Shown: in pieces, positions 39,491-53,299 of the stretch | Layout: each line of letters begins with the position of its first letter | Numbering within the stretch: the stretch's first letter is position 1 | Assembly: GCA_951406725.2 (NCBI GenBank) | Contig: OX597820.1 | Location: 104,098,001 to 104,162,000, forward strand | DNA: 64,000 bases | Source: Octopus vulgaris | Lineage: Eukaryota | Direction of reading: 5' to 3' | The notes under the pieces: model-generated | Seen by the model: only the letters and a program-made list of their open reading frames with translations | The model's database searches: none | Told to the model about the DNA's origin: nothing | Position numbers and translations under genes: made by a program

Positions 39491-41110
39491 TCACCTCTCC
39501 AGAACATTCAGCGATGGTGTTTAGTGTTGATGAGGAAGATGATTCACTATTTCTGTAAGTCTTTTCAATGAGATGGACAGATGCAATGTACTGCACTTAA
39601 TGACTTCGTTACTTTGAAACTACTGACCTAAAATATATCACATTTCTGATGTAAATACTAACTGTGGTTCAGAGACCTAACTGGGAAAAGTATGTCAAAT
39701 TATAGCATTTTAAAGATCTTTTATGCTGCCAACTACAGAACTAATTGGTGGCAGTGATATTTTCAGTGCCAATAGTGTTTTTAATAAAAATCTATGATGA
39801 GCTAAAACTTATTATGTAACTGTAATAGAAGGCAGTGAGCTGGCAGAATCAGTGGCTCTTTGCATTCTGAGTTCAAACACTGCTATAGTTAACTTTGCTT
39901 TCCGTTTTCTCCTGATTGATGAAATAAAGTACCAGTCAAGTACTGGCAATTATGTAATTGACTTGCCCCACCTCCTGCTAAAATTGCTGGCTTTGTGCCA
40001 AAATTTGAAACAATTTAGCCATAAGTTCATCCAGAAATTGAACAAATTCACACTCAAAGTGGTTGGCATTTGGAAGGGCATCCGACTATAAAAATGATGC
40101 CAAAACTAACATCGCCTCTGCTAGTGCCATGTAAAAAGCACTGAGTCCACTCAGAGTGGTTTGTGTTAGGAAGGGCATCCAGCTGTAAAAACCCAACAAT
40201 ATGGCCTTAGGTTCAGTTCCGTTGCACAGCACTTTATATAAGTGTCTTCTACTATAACCTTGGGCCAACCTAAGCCTTGTAAGTGGATTTGGTAGATGAA
40301 AACTGAAAGAAGCTCATGATAAAATTTACCTAGAACTTAAAGATGTTTGCAATTAAATCTTTAAAAAGTACCATAATTTTACATAATGATATAGATATAT
40401 ATATATATGCCCACCTACCTGCTCTCCTGCTTGCCAGCATGGAAAACATATGTTACAGGAGGAGGAGGTAGGGCGGCAAAGCCAATGAACAACCCATTCT
40501 TCCGCACAAAACCAATAAAAAAAAAGCATTTGTTATCTCTGTGAGCTCAAGCCTAAAACCATTACATAATGATTACAAATATTGTATCTGATAGCCACTC
40601 CTTCTCAATAGCTTTTGATTTGAGCATAAGCTTTAGCTATCTTATTGATCTCCACAACAGTATATATACTTTTTTGAATTATTTCCTAAAAGAGAAAATA
40701 ACAAAAACATCTGCAATTTAGGAATAGGAGAAAACGTATTATAATATAAAAGTATGTGTTGTTTTTGCTGATGTAAAATGCATTAAAATAAAACACAGTA
40801 AAATAATTATTATTGTTATTAATTACTGGTTTATAGGACACTAAATTGGCAAAATCGTTAGAACATTAGGGTGCTAAGGTAGCTGGATCATTATAGCACT
40901 TGATGATCTGAGCACAAATCAAGTATTAGGAGCAGTGCTATCAACTGACACCTTCTACTCAAAAACTGCTGGCCCTGTGCCTAAACCAGAAACAACAGAG
41001 ATCAGATCTTATTGGTATCAGTTTTACCATTCCTTTGAATTGCTAAAATGCCAATCACTATACACTGAGGTCATTTTAGCTAGTTATCATGACATCAATA
41101 ACGACTTTAA

Positions 41111-41328
41111 CCCTTTTGTTACCAACCCAGCTGAAACCGGCTCGCTCTGAGTACAAATGTCTTGTTTTCATAAGTTTTGAATTAAAATCTTCCACCAAAC
41201 CTTAGTCACAATTTATGTTCCTAACACTGGCTGATTGATGACAAAGTTATTTTACTAAATTCTTTGTTTTGTTTAAAGTAACTGAAAGAAACACAGAGCA
41301 TCTCAAAATAAATACAGTAAGGAAAGGG
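41111..41328. mobile_element. piggyBac-type MITE
   Basis: TTAA|cccttttgttac ... gtaaggaaaggg|TTAA. Confidence 0.8.
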
Positions 41329-42520
41329 TTAAGCATTTAATGATAAAACAAAGAATCTAAACCTCCAACTAGGTGTACTGCTGAGAGTTAATATTGCCAT
41401 TATCATCATCTTTTAACATCCATGCTGACATAAGTTAGACAGTTTTATAGGATCCAACAGGCCAGAGGACTTCATCATACTCCTGTGGCGTCTACAACTA
41501 GATGCACTTTCTAATGCCTACCACTTAAAAGAGTGTACTGGGTCCTTTTTTTTTCCATGGCACCAACACCAGTGAGGTTTCTTTGTAGCTTACATGATTT
41601 TAGATCTCCTTTACCCAAGTGGGACAATAGTGGGGAGGGTGGCAGTTGTATGTTAGTTAATGGAGAGGTTAAAATATGCAAAATGAAACAGGAACAGATT
41701 TCTTAATGTAGAGGGGATGCATGGCTAATGACATTGTACAAGAGTGGGTGGGAGTAATCGGGGTGGAGCTTGACAGAGATAAAGACGGTGGTTGCAATGT
41801 GTCAGGGGGTGAGCCATAAGGGTCAATATATAGTCTATTATTACTGCATTTTATAGAATTATTGTTGGTTTGATGTGAAACGTCCTTTTAATATTCCTTA
41901 GTCATCGATGGCATTCATGCATGACAGCTTAAATATTTCCATCAAAGTTGGATTTGATGATAATTCCATCTACCATGTGAAAGGAAGATTCACTTACCAC
42001 TTTTAATGTTATAAGAGCATGAATAAATGCCATTTCTGTAAATTAAGACCTAACTGGAATTTAATAATACTTGAATATACTATATAGAGTTCTGTCTTTT
42101 TGTGTGTGTGTGTGTGTTTTAATTAAATGAAGATCATATTTTATCTTTTTTGTAATGACATCTTTAAAGATATCATTTTGTAATGATATCTTTAATGAAA
42201 AAATAAAGTGCTGAAAAATAGTACATACATTGGTTAAAAATCTGCTTTAGAACCATGGTTAAAAGATAGCTATGATTTCCCCCACCTGATGTCTTTTACA
42301 TATTTAAGTACCCCACTTGTAATGTAAAAGCAAGAGGCTGGTTAACATATGAGATTTGAAGTCTGGTATTTTCAAGAAGTTTTGTTCTGTTGATATATAT
42401 TTGATGTTTTCAGCTGAACTGTTTTTTCTGCAGGTCATTATAAATGTATTCTCTAATTAAACTATATGTGTATAATGGGAACTGGTTCAATTTGTCAATT
42501 TAAAATTTGTTTACTTTCAG

Positions 42521-42600
42521 TCCAAATCTGCGGAGTCTGTGAAGGTTGTTGTGAGGTGTCGCCCCATTAATGACAAAGAAATCTCTGATGGCCATGAAAG
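42521..42600 (+). CDS. KIF3B: Kinesin-2 motor KIF3B-like exon
   Basis: tttcag| acceptor; [26 protein letters not shown](R); ag|gtcagt donor, phase 2. Confidence 0.93.
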
Positions 42601-45331
42601 GTCAGTATAAGTGTACTTAACTCCTGAAATTCAAGTGAATTCACCTGGAATGGGAAATAAAGTTACATAAACTTATGCTAATTTGGGGTAAATTTTAGAT
42701 AAATGTTTAATGAATTCATCAATGGTTGAAGACGGCACACTTACATTGCTATTGGTCGTTTCATATATCTCTCGTTTCATCTAGTACTCTGACTATTTCC
42801 TATTCTATTTACTTGTATTTCCTGCTTCTTCAATGATGATACAGTAGAAGACGTCTGGAATAAATGAAAACTGTCTAAACAGTTGTTTGATTAGCACACA
42901 TCTAACATTTTAAAACAGAAAGGACAGTGTCATCATAGATATAGAGAAAGGCAGAATGAGGAAAGTTGTAATAACTTTGGTCGAATATTTACTAAAAACA
43001 AAGCTAAACAATTGGAATGAGTGTAGACTAGTTCATGATCCATTGTTAATTTATGGCAGTATTTTGTTCCTGGGTTTCTGCAGCCAGTTTTGATTCCTGC
43101 TTAAAATGACCTTGCTATGTTAATACTTTGGGAAAGGCATAAATGTCAAAGGTTTCTATTTCTTGACTGTCATTAAATCTAAAATCTGATACTATGATTT
43201 GTGGGAAACTAGAATTTAGATGTATGTAAACAGAAAAACAGAAAGCTGGAGATTTACATTTTTTTTTTCTCCTTTGCCAAGTAATTGAGAAGCCTGGAAT
43301 GTTTAAAGTTGTAAGATTATGTTCTCATGTGACTCTGGAGCAAAAGCATGTCTAAAATATCCTGGGGGCACATACCGTCAGTCAGTGTGAAAAGAAAGAA
43401 GTATGGAAATGTCATGATAATAAAAAAAATGCTAACTGGAATAACAGAAACCCTATCTCTAATATAATGAACATAGGATATATATTTTAGAATTCAGTGA
43501 TAAAAGGAGTGGAGGAAATTCTCAGGTCTCTTAGGGATTAATTGGTAAAATGCAGAAAGCATCATGGTTTGTTGGTATTATATCTCACAGTCATTTATCT
43601 TATCATGTTGCCTAGCAAGGTTTTATCTCTAACAACTGGCACACCAGCAGCAGTAGCAGCATTTGCTGTAATAGAAAGGCTGTTGGAAATTAGGGAATTA
43701 AATAATGCTAATGTTTCGAGGCTTTAAAGCAAAGTTAATGCAGAACAGAAGAATGCTGGGTGAGATGCAGTTTTGGTTTGTATGATAACATGGAACTACA
43801 TTTCTCTGGTAAGACAACAAAGAAGAGCAGAATTTATTCAAGAACAAAAACTTTGTTTTGCTTTTTCTCTTATTTATTTATCTAAATTTTTTTGGTTTTT
43901 GAACAAAAGATATTTTCAATTAAAGTCTTGTTTTCTTTTGTTACGGGGTAGTCAGATGTCAAAAGATTTGTAAAAATTTTGATCATGTATAAAGATTCTG
44001 TAATTCTATCGGCATGGGTGTGTCTGTGTGGTGAGAAGCTACATGGTTCTGGGTTCAGTCCCACTGTGTGGGATCTTGTACTTTAGCCTTGAGCCGACCA
44101 AAGCCTTGTGAGTGAACTTGGTAGATGGAAACGGAAAGACACCTATTGTGTATGTATGTATATATATATATATATATATATCTTTGTGTCCCCATAACTT
44201 AGTGGCTCAGCAAAAGAGACCGATAGAATAAGTCCTAAGCTTACAACAAATAAGTCCTGGAGTCAATTTGTGCGACTAAAACTCTTGAAGGTGGTGCTCC
44301 AGCATGGCCGTAGTCAAATGACTGAAACAAGTAAAAGAAAAATGAAAGAAAAGGAAAAACCAAGGTTGGCAATGAACTCTGTGAGGAATTTAATGGACAG
44401 CTACCTGCAATGACTTTGTGCTTGCCTTCTTTATCAAAACCCTTGAACAGCAATCCTTCTGGATCCATTCCCTGCCCACACACTTTCTAAGACCCAATCT
44501 TCAAAAAGCAATTCTATGAAGGAGTTACTATGTAGTTACACAACATGCTAAAAATAGTAGTCAAATAACCCTCATATCACACCCTACTACCTTAGGGAAA
44601 GAAAAATGCATTCAGTGATGCTGTCCTCAATATCCTATGACTGAAAAAAAAAAGACTTGGTTAACACTTTTAATCATAGGTTTGCTCAGTCATGAATTTC
44701 CTGGGGCTAAACAAGAACATACGAATATGGAAGCTAACCATCACCTACATCCTCTTACCAGGTGTAGAAGAATCCTACAAAAGCTATGGGAAGTGGCCTT
44801 TCTTCATAAACTTAAATGCAAAAAGAAAGCTACAAATAACAGTTTTGCATTAATTTAATAGGAAAATGAAAGATAAAGCTAGGTCCTGTCGAATTTGAAT
44901 TCAGAATTCAAATTCTACTGCCAGTCCTCAATTGTTTCCAAGCAAATTAATAATCCCTCTGTCTGTCAAGCAACAAACAATCCAGATGTGACTAAGTGGA
45001 AAGCTGGCACCAAATCTACATTGCTTGTGTGAACAGTAAGGTGGCTTTTGCTTGCAATCAGTAAATGCACATGAAGAAGAGTGGGGGGGGAATATGAATT
45101 CATTCACACAGTGTATGTGAGAGAGAGGTGTATATCATCATCGTCACCATTTAATATCCATATTCCATGTTGGTTTGGGTTGGACAGTTTGACAGGATCC
45201 AATGGGTCCAAGGACTGTACTGTACTCCAGTGTCTGTTCTGGCATGGTTTCTATGGCCAGATGCCCTTCCTAATGTCAACTAATTTACACTGTGTACTGG
45301 GCAGTTGAATGACATCTTGTGGTAGCTTAAA

Positions 45332-45396
<65 letters not shown>

Positions 45397-45399
45397 ATA

Positions 45400-46395
45400 T
45401 AAAAAATCAAAACAAAAAATGGAACAAGAACATAACAAGCGACAACAAAACATTCAAACAATAGGTAATACAAACAAGGACAGGTCATTCAGACCTTTCA
45501 GTCTTCAGTCGAGAAGCAGATTGTCTTTGCAGTTTCGGCTGGTTAATCTCAAGACTGCTGTAATCTGCCCCCCCCCCACCGGGGGTATCTAAGCTAAGAG
45601 CACTAAATTCTTTGGAAGAAAGCAAGCGAATGTATATGGAAATAAGGACAAAAAAAAAACGGAGAAATGGTACACAATTACAAATACAAACAACAGGTGT
45701 CATTTGACTAAGGACAAATTAAATGAAGCTGGTGTGTGTGGAAGTGAAGCCTTACAACAGTAACATAGAAGATGCATGGGAAGAAATAAGAGATGCTACA
45801 CTGATGGTAGTCAAACCAAGAAAGAAAAGTCAGGCTTGGCCGAACAGTGGTCACATGGAAAGAGAGGAGAGAGGTAAGGGGTAGAGGGATTGAAGAATTA
45901 GGAAGGGACGAGAAAGGGACAGGCTGAGGTAAAGGAGGAGGGAAAGTCATGAGAATGAAGAGAGTGCCAAGAAATGTGAGAGAGGGTGGGAACGAGAAAA
46001 AGAAAAGTAGAAGGAATGAAGAAAGTGTGAAAGGGGCTAAAGGAAAGAGTAAGAGTCATACAGAATTTAGATATATATATATATATATATGTACTTAGAT
46101 ACAGGAGACCAAGAGTGTACGTTCACTGCTGTATGTATATATAAAAAGTCAAAACAAAAAAAAATGGAACAAAAACATAACAAGTGACAATAAAACATTC
46201 AAACAGTAGGTGATACAAAAACGGACAGGAAAAAACAAAGACAGGTCATTCAGAGCTTTCAGTCATCAGTCGAGAAGCAGATTGTCTTTGCAGTTTCAGC
46301 CAGTTAATCTCAAAACTGTTCTAATCTGACTGGCCCCAAGGAAATCTATGCTAAGAGCACTAGATTCTTTGGAAGAAAGCAAGTGAATCTATATT
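45400..46395 (-). mobile_element. Element bounded by ~240-bp diverged direct repeats (LTR- or pseudo-LTR-like)
   Basis: 45400-45640 is similar to 46145-46395; purine-rich interior on the + strand. Confidence 0.65.
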
Positions 46396-46480
46396 TATGT
46401 GTGTGTGTGTATATTGCCTTCCCTATCCCACCCCCACCACCAATACTGGATATCTCTATCTTATCACCATCTACACCAGA

Positions 46481-46535
<55 letters not shown>

Positions 46536-47279
46536 TCCACCATTTCCTGATGTCTCTTCTTTCAAACCCTCCACCTCACTGGCTGTTCTCTATATACTAA
46601 CTGCACTCCTTCTCTCTCTCTTTCTCCTGGGACAAATGCAACTAGCTCAGCTATCTTTTGTTTCATTCCAGATATCTTTCAGTTTCATTCTGTCTACAAA
46701 TTTGTCATCACCATTACCAAATGTCTCTTCTCTCCATCCCCCTGCTCACCAGTACTGTTCTCTATATTACCTGCATTCTCTCTCTCTCTCCTGGGACAAA
46801 TGCAACTAGGTTAGCTGCCCACCTACTTAACCAACTATCTTTCATTTTGTTCCGTATAGAAATATGCCAACAACTACCCAGTAATTTTCCATGCGCATAT
46901 CAAGTGAAGGAGAAAGTTAATGGGCTGTGTGTACTTGTGTGTATGTATGGATGAGCTTGTTTCCTCTCTTTCCTGTCTGCAACACCTCCCTCACTGGTGG
47001 TACCCTCCATCATACCTGCAATCCCCTCCAGTTTAGCTGACTCCCTTCTTAATCTAACACTGGAATATCCATATTTGCAACACTGCTTAAATTTACGGTT
47101 TTTTGGGGGCGTTTTTTTATGCCATAATGCTTATACTTACAACACCGATAACGCATACTCCTACTTCCAGTAGGGACAACATTCTTAACTCTCTTGAATA
47201 TTTGAATGATGTCAGGTCGGAAGTGAGAACAAGTGAAGCATACCTAAAAAACGAACATGACAACTTTACTCTTCTTTTC

Positions 47280-48581
47280 AGGCACTGAATAACATCTCCC
47301 CTCCCCAAGCCTCACACCACATTCCTTTCCCGGTTTTCAGAGTTGGCACTGTCAATGTAGGCACACTGAAAGATAGGTCTAGTGAGATTGTAGAGATGCT
47401 TGAAAGGAGACGGGTTGATGTATGCTGCATACAAGAGGTAAGATGGAGAGGAGCTTCAGCTAGGGTCCTCACAGGCAAGACACATAGGTATAAAATCTTC
47501 TGGCAAGGTAACATGGATGGAGTAGGGGGTGTAGGCATACTTCTTGTGGAGAATGGGTGGATAAGGTCATATAGGTTGTCAGGGTATGCAATAGGTCATA
47601 GAGTTTGTCAGGGTATTCCTAACTACATAGTTGATAGCTTCCACTGTGACCAAGTCTGCAGTGGGGGTGGATGCTCAGAGAGTGTTACCACTAGAATAAA
47701 ATAGCCTGGGCAAAGTTCAGAAAGCTTCTACCCCTTCAGAGTGAAAGGTAAATTGTATGATGAATGTGTGCGAACTGACATGCTTCACAGCAGTAAAACA
47801 TGGGCTGTTGAAGACATGCGTAGGCTCAAAAGAAATGGAGCTAGCATGATCTGCTGGATGTGTAATGTCAGTGTGCTCACATGACAGAGTGTAAGCGCCC
47901 TGAGAGAAATGTTGGATATAAGAAGCATTGGATGTGGCATGCAGGAGAAATGTTTGCATTGGTATGGTCATGTACTATCTTCTTGAGGATAGTACATGGT
48001 TGCGGAAAGCTGTGTGAAGAAGTGTCACTCCCAAACAGTGGAAGGAACCTGGGGTAGAGGGAAACCCAGGAAGACATGGGATGAGGTGGTGAGGCATGAC
48101 CTTCAAATGTTGAGCTTCACAGAGGCAATGACAAAAGACTGATACCTCTGGAGATATGCTGTGACTGAGAAGACCCAGAAAATAAAGTGAGCTCTCAGCT
48201 GTAACCTACACCAGTGTTGCATAATCAGCCCACTCAAAATTACCTTGGATTGTAGGGCGACATGCCATGCTTGAGGAGACCTATTGAGTCAAGTACATCA
48301 AAATCAAATGGAAATTATAGTTGTGATCCCCATGCCAGTGGCATGTAAAAAGCATCATCTGAACATGGCCGATGCCAGCGTCGCCTTGACTGGTTTCCAT
48401 GCTGGTGACACGTAAAAAAGCACCCACTACACTCTCGGAGTGGTTGGCATTAGGAAGGGCATCCAGCTGTAGAAACACTGCCAGATCAGACTGGAGCCTG
48501 GTGCAGCCCCCTGGCTTGCCAGACCCCAGTCGAACTGCCCAACCCATACCAGCATGGAAAACGGATGTTAAACGATGATGA

Positions 48582-48584
<3 letters not shown>
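47280..48584 (+). mobile_element. Internally deleted RTE (BovB-like) LINE
   Basis: APE start FRVGTVNVGTL...RRVDVCCIQEVRW...GVGGVGIL, joined near 47620-47650 to the C-terminal region ending GRGKPRKTWDEVVRHDL. 3' UTR ends gttaaac(gat)n. Confidence 0.8.
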
Positions 48585-48629
<45 letters not shown>

Positions 48630-48635
<6 letters not shown>

Positions 48636-48888
48636 GTCTGGGGAGAGTCATTTTTTTTTGTGCCTTATAATTTAACACACTCACCAGTAAAATTTCCACT
48701 TTTTGTTTTTATTTTCCTAAAATTTTCATTGCATCTTGCAACCTTTTCAGTAGTCTTGACTATTGGAAAGGTTGCAAGACGCAACAAAAATTTTAGGAAA
48801 ATAAAAATAAGAAACAATTGGAAATTTTACCGGTGAGTGTGTTAAATTATAAGGCACAAAAGGAAAATGACTCTCCCCAGACACAACA
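48630..48888. repeat. 259-bp hairpin, probable inverted Penelope-like LTR pair
   Basis: Arms meet at agtc-tt-gact (48756-48757); hammerhead-like motif next to the centre; (TA)n flanks. Confidence 0.85.
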
Positions 48889-50367
48889 GAATATGCTTCA
48901 ACACACACTCAAATAAAGAATCTTGCAAATGAAATATATATATATATTCGGAGTGGTTGGCGTTAGGAAGGGCATCCAGCTGTAGAAACACTGCCAGATC
49001 TGACTGGCCTGGTGCAGCCTTCGGGCTCCCCAGACCCCAGTTGAACCGTCCAACCCATGGAAAGCGGACGTTAAATGATGATGATACACACATATCCTCA
49101 TCATAATCCATTTTCCATACTGGCATATGTTGGACAGCTTCACAGGAATTGGCAATGCCAGGGACCTCACCAGGTTCCATAGTCTGTTTTGGTTTGGTTT
49201 CTACAGCTGGTAGCCCTTCCTAACACCAACCTCTTTACATAGTATACTGGGTGCTTTTTTATGTGGCTTCATCAGCAATGCTTTTTATGTGACACCATCA
49301 CCGGTGCTTTTTATATGGCACTATCACTGGTGCTTTTTATGTGGCACTATATCTCTATTCATGTGCATACATACACACACACTCACTAGGCTTCTTTAGT
49401 TTCCATCTACCAATTTCATTAGAAAGTATTGATCAATCTTTGGCTATAAAAGAGTACATCAGCTGACAGCATGCCCACGGTGGAACCAAACCTGTAACCA
49501 TGTAGTGAACTTCTAAGCCACACAGCTATGCCTTAGCCTGGAAACTGTGTGAAGCCTGTTGCATAGGCATTCAGTTGAGTGAATAACTGAATGCTTCTCA
49601 GTGAAACTAACAGAGGATCCCTCGTAGCTGTAAACACTAACAAGGTCGGTCTGACTTGCTTATGTGTCAACTAGTAAGACTGATATTAATTACGCTGCCA
49701 CTTGATTTGTTGTTGAACAAGCTGAGACAAGTGTTGTTTAAGAAGAAAACAAAAAGGAAAACTCTTGGTCTAACACTTCATATTAAAAGAGCTTATGTCT
49801 TTCCTTAAACTTGCAACTTAATTATTAACTGAGTGCTAACTATGTACTATATTTAGCTAAATTTTATGAGAAGGTAAAGAACACACTTGAACTAAAGGCA
49901 CAACAGTGATTATTGCAGAATTTGAAATCTTTACCTTATGCTAGCATCTGTCTGGCAATTTTTAACTTTAATGTAGCAATAAGTAGTGGGTTTTTTTTTT
50001 CTTTTCATATATATATATATATTTGTAAGTTTACTATGATGCCTTGTCCAGTTATGGTATCTTAGCAGTAGAAATGGTATTGAGTCTTTGATGAGCTATT
50101 AAAACCTCAACATTATAAGGGAAGGAAAATGTGAAGTGTCGATGGTCATACCTTTCCCAGTGATATTGATAATGAGTTGATGATAGATTAGAGGTTGGTT
50201 GTTGCAGTGGGTGAGTCAGACAGGGAAAACAGCAAATGTGAGCTGAGTTGAAGCAGTATTGGGTAGTTAATCTTTGGTTTTTAAATTGTTTGGTGTGGAT
50301 GCATGCTGAAAATGATAACCAGCCAACTGCTAGTGCATATCTCTCTCTCTCTCTCTCTCTCCCTCCT

Positions 50368-50425
<58 letters not shown>

Positions 50426-53259
50426 CCTCCCTCTCTCTCTCTTAGGTAGGTAGGAAAATTGAAAGAATACTTGTCTGCATTTTATGGTCACCCAAAATAA
50501 TTATCAGATGTTCAGTGCATGTTACCAAATCATTATTATGATTTTGGTAAGTAAGCAGTGTGATGGTTGAGTGTCATACTCTGATTTTCATATTAGGTTG
50601 GTAATGTTTAGGATGTTTTATATGACTTTTGAAGGTGTGCAAAAGAAGGTGATGGGTCACTTTGATATTAATTTAACTGGATTTTTGTTTGGCTTTAAGG
50701 GTGATGATTTTTTTTTTTTTTACTAGTTTCTTGGTACAGCAGAATCATCACTGTTGATGTGTGTGTATGTGCTGGTGTGTCTCCTTGCCTTGACATCATG
50801 CAATAACTGTAAAGGAGTGTTACCATCATATAAGTTTTGGTCATCCCCAGTCATTTATGGAAACAATATCTGGTCATAGGGAAATATTACTTCATTTGGA
50901 AACTGATGAGGATTGATGACAGAAAGAGCAACCTGCCATAAAAAAATTTACCTCAACAAATTCTGTCCTACCTCTGTATGCACAAAAAGGTCGGTGTTAA
51001 AGTGGTGGTGGTAGCATTGCTACCACCACCACTTTATTCTCCACTTTATTGACAACCGTCAATGCTACCACCACCACCACTTTAACACCCACCTTTAACA
51101 CTTTTGTTGAATGTATTATACTGCACTGTGTTGGTGATTTGTAATGTTGAGTTCTTGTAGCTATTGTGTCTGTGCTGTTGTATCAACAATAAAAGTCTGT
51201 TTCATAGAAGTTATACAAGTTTAGCTCAAGGTATTTAGGTTACATGAGGAGGAATGAAGTTTTATATTATGTACATAGGAGTCTAGTTTGTTTTGTTATT
51301 GAAGTACCAGCTGGTTGATTGTTAATTTACAAAAGCATGACATACTTGAGCTTTGGGTAAGCCTGCTGGTCTGAAATAATTTTGTCAGCACATGCTGTAA
51401 TTGTATGGTCTGGCAAGCAACTTTCAATCCAAGAGATTAGCAACAGATGAAAAATATTGGTACGTAGCTAAGCCAGCAAGTCCTTATGTCAGGCATGGTC
51501 GAAGATTTTGCTCCTGTCAAATACAAAAACATTGCTCTTTCCTTGAGGACCATTGGTTAGTGACATAGTTGTGTAGGACATTAGTAGATCTGGCTCTGTC
51601 CATGGCAGCTATGTTGCAGTCAATGAGTAAAAGAGAATCAAAGTGATGATGAAAATGACTGATTAGGAACCGAAGTCTTGAATTTCAAATGCAGCTCATT
51701 GGAAATCTTTAATGTATGTCATTGACCAGAGAAACAGCAGTAAGACTTTACTTCCATATAATGGTAAAGACAATGAAACCATTAAGCAAGGACTCTCCAC
51801 ATAATTGCTTAACCTGCTAGAAATAGTTCTCCTCAAATCACACACATCTTTTTTAAAAAATGATTGGATGGTCATAGCTGGAATACATTGATCATAATTC
51901 TTAGTCGCAGTTAATTTTAAGCAAGACAAGATCAGCAACTAAAACGAAAAAAAAAAAATGCAGTACAGCATTTAGTTCCACATTTTAACTTTCTGTATTG
52001 AAATTCCACCAAGCTCAACTTTGCTTTGTATTTTTCTTGGACTGATTAAATTGATGACCTGTTGCTTCAATTGACTACATCATTCTTTTATGAAATTGGT
52101 TATTGAGCCAATGTAAACATAATATAAAAAAAAATAGTGTGAACTATGCTGTCAAACCTGTTGTGCTAGCCTTGAAGGTATCACTTTAGTTCAGCCAAAT
52201 TAGGAATTTTAAGCTTGTTAAATGGGTGAGGAAAAGGAATAACTATTTACCTTACAGAGTATGTTCGAGTAATTAGCTTTTGCATTGATAGAAAAGTCTT
52301 GTTGCCTGCACGGGCTCAAATTTTTACAGCTGCTTGATTAAAATCAATACTGTATTTCTTGAAGTTAATATTCTCCCAACCACCCACCATGAATCTAAAA
52401 AGCTAATCTAAATGAGGAATATTGATTCATTTTAATTCGGTTTTTTTTTTTTTGGCAACTAGTGCATGTCTTCTTTGGGGGTTTTTTGTTTTGTTTGTTT
52501 GTTTGGGGGGCAAGATATACAGTCATTTAACTTGGCATCAGTGTATTACTGGTATTTACCTCTGAGTGACGAATGTCAGAGTTTACTGCAATATAATTTA
52601 GCCATAATGATGATGAAGGATCGTTAGCCACGACACATTTTTTTGTCTCCTTGTTTTTTCTGTGTCCCTTTCTGTAGAAGAGTGTAGGCTCGAAACGTAA
52701 AAGACTTTTTCTATTCCTGAGCGTTATACTAATACATCTGTTTGTTTTGTACACCACCTGTCTTCGTCTTTTGTTTTTTTTGTAAACTCTCCCTATTAAA
52801 AATAAACATTTAGTTTGATGCTTTGTTGCACTTAACATCAACAAAGACTCCAACTATTTTTTGACATGAGAACCTCTTGGCTACACTATCTACAAAATAA
52901 ATGTATATGTTCTGTTTATAGTTCATTTTGCACCAAAGGCCATCATTATTATCATCATTATTTAGTGCCATGTAAAAAGCACCCAGCATACTCCATAAAG
53001 TGATCGGTGTTGGGAAGGGCATCAAGCCATAAAAACCCTGCCAAAACAGGCACAGCAGCCTGGAGTAGTCTTCTACCTGGCTGGCTCCTGTCAACCGTCC
53101 TACCCATGCATGCATGGAAAACAAACAAGTTCAACATTGTCTTTCATCCTTGTGGGATCAATAAAATAAGTACCTGTTAAGTACTAGAGCCAATGTAATT
53201 GATGTACTCTCTTCCCTGAAATTGCTGGCCTTGTGCCAAAAATCTGAAACCAATATAAT

Positions 53260-53291
<32 letters not shown>

Positions 53292-53299
53292 CACACACA

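Noticed and set aside
49240-49350. CRISPR-like spaced repeats (gtgctttttatgtggcac)
   Set aside because: Short tandem units of the RTE-tail retroposon 3' UTR; eukaryotic context, no cas genes.
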